A DNA stretch of 64,000 bases from an uncultured delta proteobacterium. GTDB lineage: Bacteria; Desulfobacterota; Syntrophia; Syntrophales; UBA2185. Location of the stretch: the NCBI GenBank assembly GCA_963729715.1, contig CAVSPA010000003.1, forward strand, positions 125,682 through 189,681, given 5' to 3'. A program made the position numbers and the translations under genes. The stretch's first letter is position 1; each line of letters starts with the position of its first letter. Below, in pieces: positions 29,632-40,507 of this stretch. The notes under the pieces were generated by a model. That model saw only the letters and a program-made list of their open reading frames with translations. It was not told the origin of the DNA and made no database searches.

Positions 29632-31187
29632 TGTTTGAAATACTTCGTGAGGACATCAATATGTTTGTCGCTGCAGAAAGACCTTTGTTGTGCAAATGTG
29701 CGAAAGCCGTTTGGCGTTCTGTGACAGCAGTCTTGGCGATGAGCATCTGCGTCTTCTTGGGGTGCGCCGTGGGGCCAGACTTTCAGACGCCGAAGGCCCC
29801 GTCCACAAAAGCATATACTGCGGAGGCGCTGCCGGCGAAGACGGATGCGGCACCCGGAACTGCGGGAGCGTCACAGCGTTTTGCCTCGGGGAAAGATATT
29901 CCTCAAGAATGGTGGACTCTCCTGCAGTCGGCGGAATTGGATCAATTGATCCGGCAGGCGTTGGCAGAAAGCCCGACAATCGCGGCAGCTAAAGCAAGGC
30001 TGCGGGAGGCGGATGAAAACAGGCGGGCCCAATACGGATCCCTCTTCCCTGCCGTGGACGCCAACATCTCCGCTTCGCGTCAGAAGATCTCCGGCACCGG
30101 TTTTGGCCAGCCGGACACGGACATAAGCGTCTTCAACCTGTACAACGCCTCCGTGAATGTTTCGTATTCAGCCGATCTTTTCAGCGGCACCCGGCGTAAG
30201 CTCGAGGCACTTCAATCGCAGATAGACTACCAGCGGTTTCAGCTGGAGGGCGTGTATCTTACGCTTACAGCCAATATTGTCACTACGGCCGTGAAAGACG
30301 CGTCACTGCGCGCCCAGATAGGGGCGATGCGTGAAATCATAGAGGCGCAGGAAAAGCAGCTGGACGTAGTGGAAGAGCAGCTCCAACTTGGGGGGGCGTC
30401 GCGTTCCGACGTGCTCGCCCAGCGCGCGCAACTCGCACAGACGGAGGCCTTACTGCCGCCGCTGGAAAAGCAGCTTGCCCAGACCCGCCACCAACTTGCG
30501 GTGCTTGCAGGAAGGCTGCCCTCCGAAGCGGCGCTGCCTGAATTCGATTTGAACGATTTCCAACTGCCTGAGGAGCTGCCGGTAAGCCTGCCGTCATTGC
30601 TTCTGCGCCAGCGGCCTGACATAAGAGCTGCGGAAGAGACCCTCCACGCGGCGAGCGCGCAGGTTGGCGTGGCCACGGCAAACCTGTACCCGCAGATCAC
30701 ACTGACGGGCAGTTTCGGCCTGGAGGCCAGTACAGTCGGCGATCTTTTCAACAGCAGCGCGGCCATATGGAGTCTCAGCGCCGGTTTGCTGCAGCCCATA
30801 TTCCACGGCGGCGCACTGACCGCACAGCGGCGCGCCGCGATCGCCGTTTACGATCAGGCTGCGGCGCAGTATCGCGATACGGTCTTGCAGGCCTTTCAGG
30901 GTGTGGCTGACGTGCTCCGCGCCCTCGCGGATGATGCGAGGACGCTGAAGGCGCAGGCAGAAGCCGAAGCGGCCGCCAGCGACACTCTTGATCTCACGGA
31001 GAAACAGTTTCAGCTCGGTGCAGTAAGCTATCTGTCGCTGCTCAATGCGGAACGCCAGCATGAACAGGCGCGACTGGCTCTGGTTCAGGCGCAGGCCGCG
31101 CGCTTTGCGGATACTGCGGCGTTATATCAGGCGCTCGGCGGCGGCTGGTGGAACCGCAGTCCTCAAGCGGAGGCGGCTGCACGGTGA
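29631..31187 (+). CDS. RND efflux outer-membrane lipoprotein (NodT/OprM family; start uncertain)
   Basis: Lipobox FLGC-AVGPDF, WW...LDQLI, LLRQRPDIRAAE, LYQALGGGW. Confidence 0.93.
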   Translation: MFEILREDINMFVAAERPLLCKCAKAVWRSVTAVLAMSICVFLGCAVGPDFQTPKAPSTKAYTAEALPAKTDAAPGTAGASQRFASGKDIPQEWWTLLQSAELDQLIRQALAESPTIAAAKARLREADENRRAQYGSLFPAVDANISASRQKISGTGFGQPDTDISVFNLYNASVNVSYSADLFSGTRRKLEALQSQIDYQRFQLEGVYLTLTANIVTTAVKDASLRAQIGAMREIIEAQEKQLDVVEEQLQLGGASRSDVLAQRAQLAQTEALLPPLEKQLAQTRHQLAVLAGRLPSEAALPEFDLNDFQLPEELPVSLPSLLLRQRPDIRAAEETLHAASAQVGVATANLYPQITLTGSFGLEASTVGDLFNSSAAIWSLSAGLLQPIFHGGALTAQRRAAIAVYDQAAAQYRDTVLQAFQGVADVLRALADDARTLKAQAEAEAAASDTLDLTEKQFQLGAVSYLSLLNAERQHEQARLALVQAQAARFADTAALYQALGGGWWNRSPQAEAAAR

Positions 31188-31323
31188 GCTTAAATATATA
31201 TTGAATCGAGAAAACGGCTTATTCACGGGCGCGATGTGCAGCGGAAAAATGTACTCGAGGTGTGTCCGAGTCCATGCAGTTTATAACAGCAGCGACATAT
31301 ATGTGTAGAGGAAGGAGCTTCTG

Positions 31324-32454
31324 ATGGGAAGGCGAATGTTAATCATGCTGGCGGTGGTCGGCCTGCTGTTTGGCGGCATTTTCGGGTATCATGTCTTCAA
31401 GGCGCATATGCTCAAGAAATCCCTGGCCGGTATGCAGATGCCGCCCGCTACGGTAACCGCGATAAAAGCAGAACTGCATGGCTGGCAGCCGCAGCTCAAA
31501 GCCGTCGGCTCGCTCCGTGCCGTGCGGGGAGTCGACGTAACCAGCGAAATTTCAGGACTCGTACGGACCCTGCACTTCAAGTCGGGAGACGACGTCAAGG
31601 CTGGAAAAGTGCTGGTGCAGCTCAACGCCGACTCCGACATTGCCCAACTGCGGTCTCTTCAGGCCGCTGCCGAATTGGCGGGTACGGTTTACATGCGCGA
31701 CCGGAAGCAATTTGACGCGCAGGCCATAAGTCAGGCCGCCCTCGACGCGGACATCGCCGATCTTAAGAGCAAGCGCGCCCAGGTTGCGCAGCAGGTGGCC
31801 CTCGTGGATAAGAAGACCATTCGCGCCCCGTTCGCCGGGCGGCTCGGCATCAGCACCGTAAATCCCGGCCAGTATATAAATCCCGGGGACAAGATTGTCA
31901 CGCTGCAATCGCTCGACTCGACCTACTGCGACTTTTTACTGCCGCAGCAGGAACTTTCACGGGTATCGCTCGGACAGAAGGTCATCGTCACTTCCGACAC
32001 ATATCCGGGCCGCAGGTTCGATGGCCGTATAACCGCTATCAACCCCCAGGTGGATGCGGCCACACGGAATTTCCAAGCGGAGGCGACCCTTGCCAATCCG
32101 AAGCACGAGCTGCTGCCGGGGATGTATGCATCGGTCGAGGTTCAGGCGGGCGCTGTGGAGCGCCACCTGACGCTGCCGCAGACGGCAGTGACCTACAACC
32201 CCTATGGCGATACCGTGTTTATCGTGGAGGAGAGCGGGAAGGGGCCGGACGGTAAACCTCTTCTCACGGCGAGGCAGACTTTCGTAACAGTTGGGAGCAC
32301 CCGCGGCGACCAGGTTGCAGTCGCTCAAGGGATCAAGGAAGGCGACGTGGTAGTTACGAGCGGGCAGATCAAACTCAAGAACGGGAGCCAGGTGATCATC
32401 AATAACCAGGTGCAGCCCGCCAATGAAGCCGCCCCCCAGCCGGTGGACGAGTAG
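31324..32454 (+). CDS. RND efflux periplasmic adaptor
   Basis: N-terminal TM, IRAPFAGRLG, LLPGMY. Confidence 0.93.
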   Translation: MGRRMLIMLAVVGLLFGGIFGYHVFKAHMLKKSLAGMQMPPATVTAIKAELHGWQPQLKAVGSLRAVRGVDVTSEISGLVRTLHFKSGDDVKAGKVLVQLNADSDIAQLRSLQAAAELAGTVYMRDRKQFDAQAISQAALDADIADLKSKRAQVAQQVALVDKKTIRAPFAGRLGISTVNPGQYINPGDKIVTLQSLDSTYCDFLLPQQELSRVSLGQKVIVTSDTYPGRRFDGRITAINPQVDAATRNFQAEATLANPKHELLPGMYASVEVQAGAVERHLTLPQTAVTYNPYGDTVFIVEESGKGPDGKPLLTARQTFVTVGSTRGDQVAVAQGIKEGDVVVTSGQIKLKNGSQVIINNQVQPANEAAPQPVDE

Positions 32455-32470
32455 CACAAAGGGCAGACAC

Positions 32471-35400
32471 ATGCACTTCACGGATATCTTCATTCGCCGC
32501 CCCGTCCTTGCCACCGTGGTCAGCCTGCTGATCCTCGTTCTGGGACTGCGTTCTGTGGGGCTCTTGCAGGTGCGCCAGTATCCCTTCACCCAAAACGCCG
32601 TGGTGACCGTCGCAACCGTCTATACGGGCGCCGCCCCGGCGCTGGTTGCTGGTTTTATAACTACTCCGCTTGAAAACTCGATCGCTCAAGCGAACGGAAT
32701 AGACTATCTTACTTCGGCGAGCACGCAGAGTCTCAGCACCATCCAGGCCAACCTGCGCTTGAACTATGATCCGAACAAGGCTTTGACCGAGATCAACACC
32801 AAGGTTAACGCCGTGCTGAACCAGATCCCGAAAGATTCACAACTGCCGGTGATAACCGTCGCCATCGGCGAGACAATCGATTCGATGTACATCGGGTTCT
32901 ACAGCAAGGTGTTGCCCACGAATAAGATCACGGATTATCTGCTACGTGTGGTACAGCCAAAGCTGCAGGCAGTCGAAGGTGTACAGACGGCGGAGGTTCT
33001 CGGCAAACGCACGTTTGCCCTACGTGCATGGCTGGACCCGGGAAAAATGTCAGCATACGGCCTGACGGCCACGGATGTCAGCAATGCGCTCGCCAACAAT
33101 GACTTCATCTCGGCGGTCGGGCGGACCCAGGGGCAGATGGTTACAGTGAATCTCATCGCCTATACGGGTCTGCATTCGGTTGAGGAGTTCCGCAACTTGA
33201 TTCTAAAGTCGCAGAACGGGGCGATCATACGTCTCGGCGATGTCGCCAAGATTACGCTTGGCTCGGAAGATTATGACACGGCGGTCGCCTTCGACGGGGA
33301 GAGCGCCGTTTACATCGGCATCAAAGTGGCGCCGACTGCCAACCTGCTTACGGTAATTGACAGTGTGCGCAAGGCGTTCCCCCCTATCGAAGAGCAATTG
33401 CCGGAAGGGCTGCAAGGGAAAATTGTTTATGACGCCACCAAGTATGTAAACAGTTCCATCAAAGAGGTGATAAGCACGCTGATCAAGGCCCTGGTGATCG
33501 TGACGGCGGTGATCTTCCTTTTTCTGTGCTCGATACGATCGGTGATAATACCTACCGTCGCCATGCCGCTGTCGCTTGTCGGGGCGTTTTTCATCATGCT
33601 TGTCCTGGGCTATACGATCAACCTTTTGACGCTGCTGTCACTGGTGCTGGCGATCGGTCTGGTCGTTGATGACGCCATAATAGTCGTGGAAAATGCACAA
33701 CGACATATAGAGGGTGGTATGCCGCCCATGCAGGCGTCGATCGAGGGTGCGCGAGAACTGGCGGCGCCTATCATTGCGATATCGGTGGTTCTGGTAGCGG
33801 TATATGTACCGATAGGTTTCATGGGTGGCCTGACGGGCGCCCTTTTTACCGAGTTCGCCTACACTCTCGCGGGAACGGTGGGCGTATCGGCGATCATTGC
33901 ACTCACCCTTTCGCCCATGATGTGCTCGCGCCTTCTCAAATCAGCGGAAGACTGCGGCCGGCACCGCCTCCTGGGTTTTATCGACAATCAGTTCAGGCGA
34001 ATTCGCAACGGCTATGAAGTGCTTCTTCGCGGCGCGCTGCATTACCGGTTGGTGACCGCTGTATTTGCCGTAATCATCCTCTGCAGCAATTACTTCCTGT
34101 TCGTGAGCTCGAAGAGTGAACTCGCGCCTCTCGAGGATCAGGGGATTGTCATTGCTTTAATTACCGCAGCCCCCAACGCCTCCTTGGAGCAAACGCAATT
34201 GTATTCTCGGCAGTTGTACAAGATAGTCAGCAGTTACCCGGAGACGGACCATGTGTTTCAGCTCGACGGCATCAGCGGGCTGAACACGGGCATTGCGGGT
34301 ATGGTATTTAAACCATGGGACGAACGGAAGCGGACAACCATGGATCTGCAACCGGAGGTGCAGATGCGACTCGGGGAGATATCAGGGGTCCGCGCAGTGG
34401 CGTTCCAGCGGCCGCCGCTGCCCGGCACGAGCGGCCTGCCTATACAATTTGTTATCGGTACCACGGAGTCCTACGAACGCCTGAATGAGGTGTCGCTGGC
34501 TCTCATGGAAAAGGCATATGCAAGCGGAGTATTCGCGTTCGTGGACACGGATCTGAAGGTCGATAAGCCGCAGACAACCATAGATATAGATCGCGATAAG
34601 GCGGCGCAACTCGGTCTTACGATGCGGGATGTAGGTGATGCATTGGGATCTATGATGGGCGGGGGCTATGTCAACTACTTCAGCCTTGCCGGACGCTCTT
34701 ACAAGGTAATTCCGCAGGTGATGCAGCGCGACCGGCTCAATGCGGGGCAACTGCGGAACTATTATATCAATGCCGCCGGCGGGACATCCATTCCTGTTTC
34801 AACCTTCGTGCGCTTAAGAACAGAGGTAGTGCCGGAATCGCTCAACCATTTCCAGCAGCTCAATTCAGCTACGATCTCCGCCGTTCCCGCTCCCGGCGTG
34901 ACTCTCGGCGAAGCGCTGAATACGTTAAAAAGCCTGTCGAAAGACGTGCTGCCCCAGGGCTTCAGCATTGATTACAGCGGCCAGTCACGCCAGTTTGTAC
35001 AGGAGTCGAGCGCGCTGATAGTGACGTTCTTCTTTGCGCTGATTATCATTTTCCTGTCCCTGGCGGCGCTGTTTGAGAGCTTCCGTGATCCGTTCATCGT
35101 GCTCGTGAGCGTGCCCATGTCGGTCTGCGGAGCCATGATATTTATCAGCCTGGGCGTCGGCGGTGCAAGCCTCAACATCTATACGGAGGTGGGCCTGGTG
35201 ACGCTGATCGGCCTGATTAGCAAGCACGGCATCCTGATCGTACAGTTTGCCAACGACCTGCAGCGGGAAGGGAAGGGCAAACGTGAGGCGGTGGAAATGG
35301 CGGCAGTCATCCGCCTGCGGCCGATACTGATGACTACTGCGGCGATGGTGCTGGGCGTGCTGCCGCTCATTACCGCTTCCGGCGCCGGTGCGGTGGGCCG

Positions 35401-35554
35401 CTACAATATGGGGCTGGTGATCGCGGCGGGGATCGCGATCGGCACGCTCTTTACGCTGTTTGTGGTGCCGGCCGTGTATATGTTCCTCGCTGCGGAACAC
35501 ACCGGCAAGCGGGTGACTGAAGATGCGGCCGTCACAAAACCGGCCGGGGTATGA
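32471..35554 (+). CDS. RND efflux permease (MexW/MexI-like)
   Basis: FIRRPVLA, LAIGLVVDDAIIVVEN, RLRPILMT. Confidence 0.95.
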   Translation: MHFTDIFIRRPVLATVVSLLILVLGLRSVGLLQVRQYPFTQNAVVTVATVYTGAAPALVAGFITTPLENSIAQANGIDYLTSASTQSLSTIQANLRLNYDPNKALTEINTKVNAVLNQIPKDSQLPVITVAIGETIDSMYIGFYSKVLPTNKITDYLLRVVQPKLQAVEGVQTAEVLGKRTFALRAWLDPGKMSAYGLTATDVSNALANNDFISAVGRTQGQMVTVNLIAYTGLHSVEEFRNLILKSQNGAIIRLGDVAKITLGSEDYDTAVAFDGESAVYIGIKVAPTANLLTVIDSVRKAFPPIEEQLPEGLQGKIVYDATKYVNSSIKEVISTLIKALVIVTAVIFLFLCSIRSVIIPTVAMPLSLVGAFFIMLVLGYTINLLTLLSLVLAIGLVVDDAIIVVENAQRHIEGGMPPMQASIEGARELAAPIIAISVVLVAVYVPIGFMGGLTGALFTEFAYTLAGTVGVSAIIALTLSPMMCSRLLKSAEDCGRHRLLGFIDNQFRRIRNGYEVLLRGALHYRLVTAVFAVIILCSNYFLFVSSKSELAPLEDQGIVIALITAAPNASLEQTQLYSRQLYKIVSSYPETDHVFQLDGISGLNTGIAGMVFKPWDERKRTTMDLQPEVQMRLGEISGVRAVAFQRPPLPGTSGLPIQFVIGTTESYERLNEVSLALMEKAYASGVFAFVDTDLKVDKPQTTIDIDRDKAAQLGLTMRDVGDALGSMMGGGYVNYFSLAGRSYKVIPQVMQRDRLNAGQLRNYYINAAGGTSIPVSTFVRLRTEVVPESLNHFQQLNSATISAVPAPGVTLGEALNTLKSLSKDVLPQGFSIDYSGQSRQFVQESSALIVTFFFALIIIFLSLAALFESFRDPFIVLVSVPMSVCGAMIFISLGVGGASLNIYTEVGLVTLIGLISKHGILIVQFANDLQREGKGKREAVEMAAVIRLRPILMTTAAMVLGVLPLITASGAGAVGRYNMGLVIAAGIAIGTLFTLFVVPAVYMFLAAEHTGKRVTEDAAVTKPAGV

Positions 35555-35653
35555 TCGCGAGAGGAACCTGCCCGGAACCAACCGCCGTCCCATCTGCCCG
35601 GAAACCCGGATCAGGTCGAGATGGGGATGAGATCAAGAGCTCTCCCTATGCTA

Positions 35654-37129
35654 TCATCCCACCTTCTTGAAGTCGATGAATCCCGACTCCACGTCAGTAT
35701 GAATAAGCCGTACACGAATTCTGTGGCCTACATCTACGCCGTGAAAGCCCTCGAGGAGTTTTCCTTCAACGGGCGGCTGGGTAAGGCGCACCCATGTGCC
35801 TTTCGGGGCGGTGCCGGTAACGATAGCATTGAACTGTTCTCCGATTCTTGACTCGAGAAGAATTGCGGCAGCCGATTTGAATACCTGCCTTTCCACCTTA
35901 TTCGCGGCATTCTCTTTCTCCGTACAGTTTAGGGCCATGGTTCGAAGTTCGTCACCGCCGTATGGCACGGGCGTACCTCCCACGGCCGCCTTCAACAGAC
36001 GCTGCATGACGAGATCGACATAACGGCGATTGGGGGCCGTGGAGTGAGTGTAGGCGCCGGCAGCGAGACCAAAGTGTCCCGGGGCGTCAGTGTCCCCCGG
36101 AAGCGCCGCAATATATTCACCTGGTCCAATGAGCTTGATGATGGAGAGGGAGAGGTCGGGGAAGCGCTGCGGATCTGCTCCTTTCTCCTTGACAAGGAAT
36201 TCTTCCAGTGCCACAGGATCCGGCTTTTGCGGAAGCTCAAACCCGTGTTCCCCTGCTATCTCGACTATCCTTTCCCACCTCTTCGGCGTGCGGACCGCGC
36301 GCCTGAGGGAAGGGAATTTCCTTGCTGAGAGATAGCGGACCGCGCAAATGTTCGCAGCTATCATGAACTCTTCGATAATAGTTCTGGCGCGATTTTTCTT
36401 CACGACTTCGAGTTCGCGGATTTCGTCGCCGCGAAATACGGGTCTTGCCTCAACGGTTTCGAGACTCAGCGCCCCCTTAAGGCGGCGAAGATTACTCATG
36501 TTTTGTGCCGCCCTTTCCTGTAAGCGCAGATTTTCATCGAGACCTCTTACAGAGGTGAGAGCTTCGGGCGCATCTCCGATTCCTTCCAGCCAGGCCGCCA
36601 AGCTGTTATAGGCGAGCTTAGCGTGATTGCAGACACGGGCTCTGTAGATATCCGAGGTTTGCAGGGATCCGTCCCGTCCAACCAGAATTTCAGCGACAAT
36701 TGCCGTTCTCTCCTCGTTAAAGGTTAACGATGTGAGGTCTGTCGAAAGCTTTTCGGGGAGCATCGGGAATATTTCGGCGGCGGTATATACGGAGGTGGTG
36801 TTGCGCCGGGCATGGCCGTCAATGGCGGAACCGTTCCTCACCATGGAGTCCACATCGGCGACTGCGACAAGAATCTTTACGGCATCTCCGGGCATCGCTT
36901 GCGCGGCAGTGAGCTGATCAATGTCGCGCGTGTCATCATTGTCAATGGAGGTCCATAGACTATCCCTGAGGTCACGAATGTTTTCATCATCGACCGCTGC
37001 GGGCGTGTGTATGCCGGCAAGTTCGGCTATTACTTCAGTGGAGAAATCGGGTAGCAATCCTTTCTCAATCATTGCCCGCCTGGCTATTTTCATAAGAAGG
37101 GATCGGTGTTCTTTATCCGTCGGACCCAT
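35654..37129 (-). CDS. RNB-domain exoribonuclease (RNase II/R-like, short form)
   Basis: SIDNDDTRDIDQ, TSVY, EEFMIAAN, HFGLA...YTHSTAPNRRYVDL, C-terminal S1-like domain. Confidence 0.9.
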   Translation of the reverse strand: MGPTDKEHRSLLMKIARRAMIEKGLLPDFSTEVIAELAGIHTPAAVDDENIRDLRDSLWTSIDNDDTRDIDQLTAAQAMPGDAVKILVAVADVDSMVRNGSAIDGHARRNTTSVYTAAEIFPMLPEKLSTDLTSLTFNEERTAIVAEILVGRDGSLQTSDIYRARVCNHAKLAYNSLAAWLEGIGDAPEALTSVRGLDENLRLQERAAQNMSNLRRLKGALSLETVEARPVFRGDEIRELEVVKKNRARTIIEEFMIAANICAVRYLSARKFPSLRRAVRTPKRWERIVEIAGEHGFELPQKPDPVALEEFLVKEKGADPQRFPDLSLSIIKLIGPGEYIAALPGDTDAPGHFGLAAGAYTHSTAPNRRYVDLVMQRLLKAAVGGTPVPYGGDELRTMALNCTEKENAANKVERQVFKSAAAILLESRIGEQFNAIVTGTAPKGTWVRLTQPPVEGKLLEGFHGVDVGHRIRVRLIHTDVESGFIDFKKVG

Positions 37130-37224
37130 ACTCTATTACCTTTCATGCTTCCTATACATATATAATAGAATTAGAATATTGGGAAGGCAAAGATCAGAAG
37201 AGAAATCACCATCGTCCTGCGGTC

Positions 37225-37271
37225 AAAAAAAATGGGGCATATGGTTTCGCAAGGAAACCTGAGCCCCATTT
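37225..37271 (-). terminator. Rho-independent terminator downstream of the LysM gene
   Basis: AAATGGGGC...GCCCCATTT stem with inner GGTTTC/GAAACC; adjacent A run gives a U tail on the minus strand. Confidence 0.65.
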
Positions 37272-37369
37272 GATATCGATAATATATCAAGGCATGAACA
37301 GCCCCGCCAGGCGCAACACCGTGCGTTGCCTACGGAGCAAACTTCTGATTAATAAATGTTTGTCGGCAC

Positions 37370-37882
37370 CTAACCTTTCGGAACTACCGCGACCTTCGGG
37401 GGAAGATAAGGTTTCTTTGCACCGGCTTTTTTCCTTGCATCCTTGATGGCATCCATGGTTACGCCGCTGCGGGGAATCTTAAGTTTCTGACCCGGATAGA
37501 TTAGATTTGCGTTCTTGATCTTACCCTTGTTAGCCTCATAAATGACAGGCCAGAGGAAGGCATCGTTGTATATCTTCTTTTTCTTGGCTATTGTCCACAG
37601 GCAGTCGCCCTTTTTGACAACATAAGTCTCCATTTTGCCTGCCTTGGCCTTGCCCGTTGCCCCTGCTTTACTTTCTCCCATCGTGGCTTCGCCCGCAGGC
37701 GCGACTTTTTGGCTTTCCGGCATTGACTTCTGAACGCCGGCTGCTGATTCCTTCTGCGTCGCTGCCTGCTGGTCGGCGCCAGCGTCCTTCACAGTCGCCG
37801 ACTTTGTGCATGCGCCGGCAAAGATCAGCGTGAGGCCCATAATAAATACCATTAGCCCATAAAGTGCGTTTCGTTTTTTCAT
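37370..37882 (-). CDS. LysM-domain lipoprotein
   Basis: Lipobox FAGAC; YVVKKGDCLWTIA...WPVIYEAN...NLIYPGQKLKIP. Confidence 0.9.
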   Translation of the reverse strand: MKKRNALYGLMVFIMGLTLIFAGACTKSATVKDAGADQQAATQKESAAGVQKSMPESQKVAPAGEATMGESKAGATGKAKAGKMETYVVKKGDCLWTIAKKKKIYNDAFLWPVIYEANKGKIKNANLIYPGQKLKIPRSGVTMDAIKDARKKAGAKKPYLPPKVAVVPKG

Positions 37883-38026
37883 ACGAAATACTCCTTTCTA
37901 TGATTTTGGTGTACAATAATGCTCTCTTTTTACTACTTTTTAAAAAGAAGTCAATTGTTTTTTATAAAAATAATTTGTATATTAACTATCAGCATAGAAA
38001 TTATACGCAATTTATCAGCGAGGAGT

Positions 38027-38535
38027 ATGAACGTGCGAAAAAAACAAATGGCTATTGCAGACATCTTCGATAATCTGAGAAAGGTTTACCAGGTCATTAA
38101 TGAACAGTCCAAGAAGGCGAAGAAACAGACGGGCATTACCGGTCCGCAGCTCTGGGCAATCAAGATGATAGCCGCATCCTCACCTGTTCAGGTATCTGAG
38201 TTGGCCCGTAAGATGTATCTTCATCCGGCAACCGTTGTGTTGGAATACTGAATCGTCTGGAAGAGCAAAGCCTTGTCATACGGACGCGCACACGTGAGGA
38301 CCGGCGGATTGTTGATGTAAATCTTACGCCGGAGGGAAAAGCACTGGTTGCGAAGGCGCCCGAGGTGGCTCAGGGCCTTCTGGCTGCCGGTTTGGAAGTG
38401 CTGCCCGCCACACGACTTCTGGATATAGCTTCCTCCCTGGATCAACTTGTTCAGATCTTGGGAGCACAGGAAGTCCCGCCCCATTTGATCTTATCGCCTG
38501 AGGTGAACGTACCGAGAAAGCTCGAAAGAAGTTGA
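38027..38535 (+). pseudogene. MarR family regulator with a 2-bp frameshift
   Basis: GITGPQLWAI...ELARKMYLHPATVV continues as GILNRLEEQ...EDRRIV...LTPEG in another frame; extra GT at 38237-38240. Confidence 0.85.
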
Positions 38536-38578
38536 TTTGCAATAAATAAGAGCAGCAGGATGCCACTCCAAGATGCTC

Positions 38579-39451
38579 TCAGACGTTGACACCGAGGAAA
38601 GCGCGCAGGATATAGCCAATGAGGAAACTGAGCGCAGCCACAGCAAAAGTTACTCCCGCCGTCTCGAGAAAATGCCCTTTGAAAGGCACATCCTTTGCCA
38701 CTGAAATGTAGTACGTAAAAACTGCTATGATAATAGCCGCCCCGGCGAGTGCGCACATCAAACAGAGATAATAGTTTTTCAAGATCAGATAGGGTGTGAT
38801 CAGAACCACGGTGGTGATCAAATAAGCGCCGACGGTATAGAGCGAGGCTCGCAAAGGGTTCTTGAGGGTCTTTTCCGTCTTTGTAGCGAGGTACTCTGAG
38901 GCCCCCATAGACAAGGCCGCTGCAATGCCTGTGATTGAGCCGGCCAGGGCAATCAGCTTTGTGTCTCGCAAGGCTAAAGTGAGGCCGGCAAGCACCCCCG
39001 TCATCTCCATAAGTGCGTCGTTCAGGCCCAACACCATGGATCCCGTATAGCGGAGCCTCTCTTCATCAAGAACTCCCAAGATGGCCGTTTCGTGCTCGCT
39101 CTCATTTCGCGCGATGGCGTCGGCTTCCGGGATTGTCCCTCGCAGATGCCCGTAACTGTCCTGAGCGCTCTCTTCGCCTTTCTCCAGCAGCTTAAGGCCG
39201 AACGTGAACCCGAAGACGCGGCTGATTAAATAATATTTCCAGATTTTTAATCTGTCAGGTTCCACATGCTGCTGCGTATATTCCTGCCACTTTCGATAAT
39301 GACGCAGTTCGTCATCGGCTATATCTGAAAGTATTTTCCGGTTTTCAGATGATTTGACCTTTTGGGCGAGTTTGCTATAGATATGATGCTCGGTGATTTC
39401 GTTTCTCTGAAAACCGAGCAGTTTCTTGCGCATCGTCTCGGTGATATTCAT
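38579..39451 (-). CDS. Ferritin/rubrerythrin-like domain fused to a VIT1/CCC1 transporter
   Basis: ExxEH...DELRH...ESEHE in the N-half; VLGLNDAL...ALSMGASEYL in the TM half. Confidence 0.88.
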   Translation of the reverse strand: MNITETMRKKLLGFQRNEITEHHIYSKLAQKVKSSENRKILSDIADDELRHYRKWQEYTQQHVEPDRLKIWKYYLISRVFGFTFGLKLLEKGEESAQDSYGHLRGTIPEADAIARNESEHETAILGVLDEERLRYTGSMVLGLNDALMEMTGVLAGLTLALRDTKLIALAGSITGIAAALSMGASEYLATKTEKTLKNPLRASLYTVGAYLITTVVLITPYLILKNYYLCLMCALAGAAIIIAVFTYYISVAKDVPFKGHFLETAGVTFAVAALSFLIGYILRAFLGVNV

Positions 39452-39472
39452 CCTCGGCGCACCTTTTATATT

Positions 39473-40507
39473 CTATCTTCGTTCGAACTGACTCTTGGGA
39501 CCAACCTTATCTTTTAACAAATCCGCCCTTCGGCAGGCTTCCTTAGCCCCCAGCTTGCATGCTGTTAGAAGATCTGCCTGGGCCAGACGGGGCTTTCTCA
39601 TCTTCATGTAAACTCCACTCCTGATGCGATAAAGCCTCGGGCTGTTAGGCGCGATGTGCAGTGCTTTACTGACGAGGCCGAGTGCGACATCAACCTGATC
39701 CGGTCGGTCTTTTAGGATCAGCGCCTTGATTCCCATATTTCTCGGGGATAGAGAATCTATCTCCAATCCCTCATTCACGCACACAAGGGCTTCCTCCGGC
39801 TTTCTTAGCATATAGAGGGCAAAGGATTTCCCCGCATGGGCATCGACCGTGCCGGCATTGACGGCAATAGCCTGATTGAACGCATAGAGGGCATCTTTCC
39901 AGCGCTGAGTGGCGAGAGCTCCATTACCTTTCTCCACATATTCCAGTGACGACATTCTCTTGACAATGTTTTCGTGCTTTTCCTTAAGCTCCTTAGTGGG
40001 AGGTTCTTTAGCCCCCGTTGCAGTTTCCTTCTGCCTTTCGGCCTTCAGTTCCGAAAGCTCTTTCTTCAGGGTGGCCAACTGGCTTTGAATCTCCTTATAA
40101 TTCTCCGCGCTCTCGCCTTCCTGCATCCCGGATATTTTGTCTTTGAGGTTGGAAGTATCGATGGTCGCCCGGATCTGAATAGTGACCACCATGTTTTCTC
40201 CTGACAGTTTCCAGTCCTCCTTGAGAACCTCCACGGACATAATACCCGAGGCCAGTGTAATTATCTGATCTTCGGACAATTGGAAATTCTTCACTTCCGT
40301 GGAGCTTGCGATATAAGTGCCGGCCTGCTCGAGCGCGAGTCTTTTTGCTTCAATGAGGGCAAGGGCCTTGGCGTCCTTCTTGGAATCGAGGTCGCCCATC
40401 ACGTATTTGCCTTCAGAGACAACGACGGATGGTACTGCATAGGCCGCCTGACCGAACCATACACCGCCACATAACAGTATGACAAAAATCTGCATCAATC
40501 TTTTCAT
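39473..40507 (-). CDS. Exported TPR-repeat protein
   Basis: Signal peptide, AKRLALEQAGTYI domain, coiled coil, TPR-like repeats, AC.LG..AC ending. Confidence 0.75.
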   Translation of the reverse strand: MKRLMQIFVILLCGGVWFGQAAYAVPSVVVSEGKYVMGDLDSKKDAKALALIEAKRLALEQAGTYIASSTEVKNFQLSEDQIITLASGIMSVEVLKEDWKLSGENMVVTIQIRATIDTSNLKDKISGMQEGESAENYKEIQSQLATLKKELSELKAERQKETATGAKEPPTKELKEKHENIVKRMSSLEYVEKGNGALATQRWKDALYAFNQAIAVNAGTVDAHAGKSFALYMLRKPEEALVCVNEGLEIDSLSPRNMGIKALILKDRPDQVDVALGLVSKALHIAPNSPRLYRIRSGVYMKMRKPRLAQADLLTACKLGAKEACRRADLLKDKVGPKSQFERR

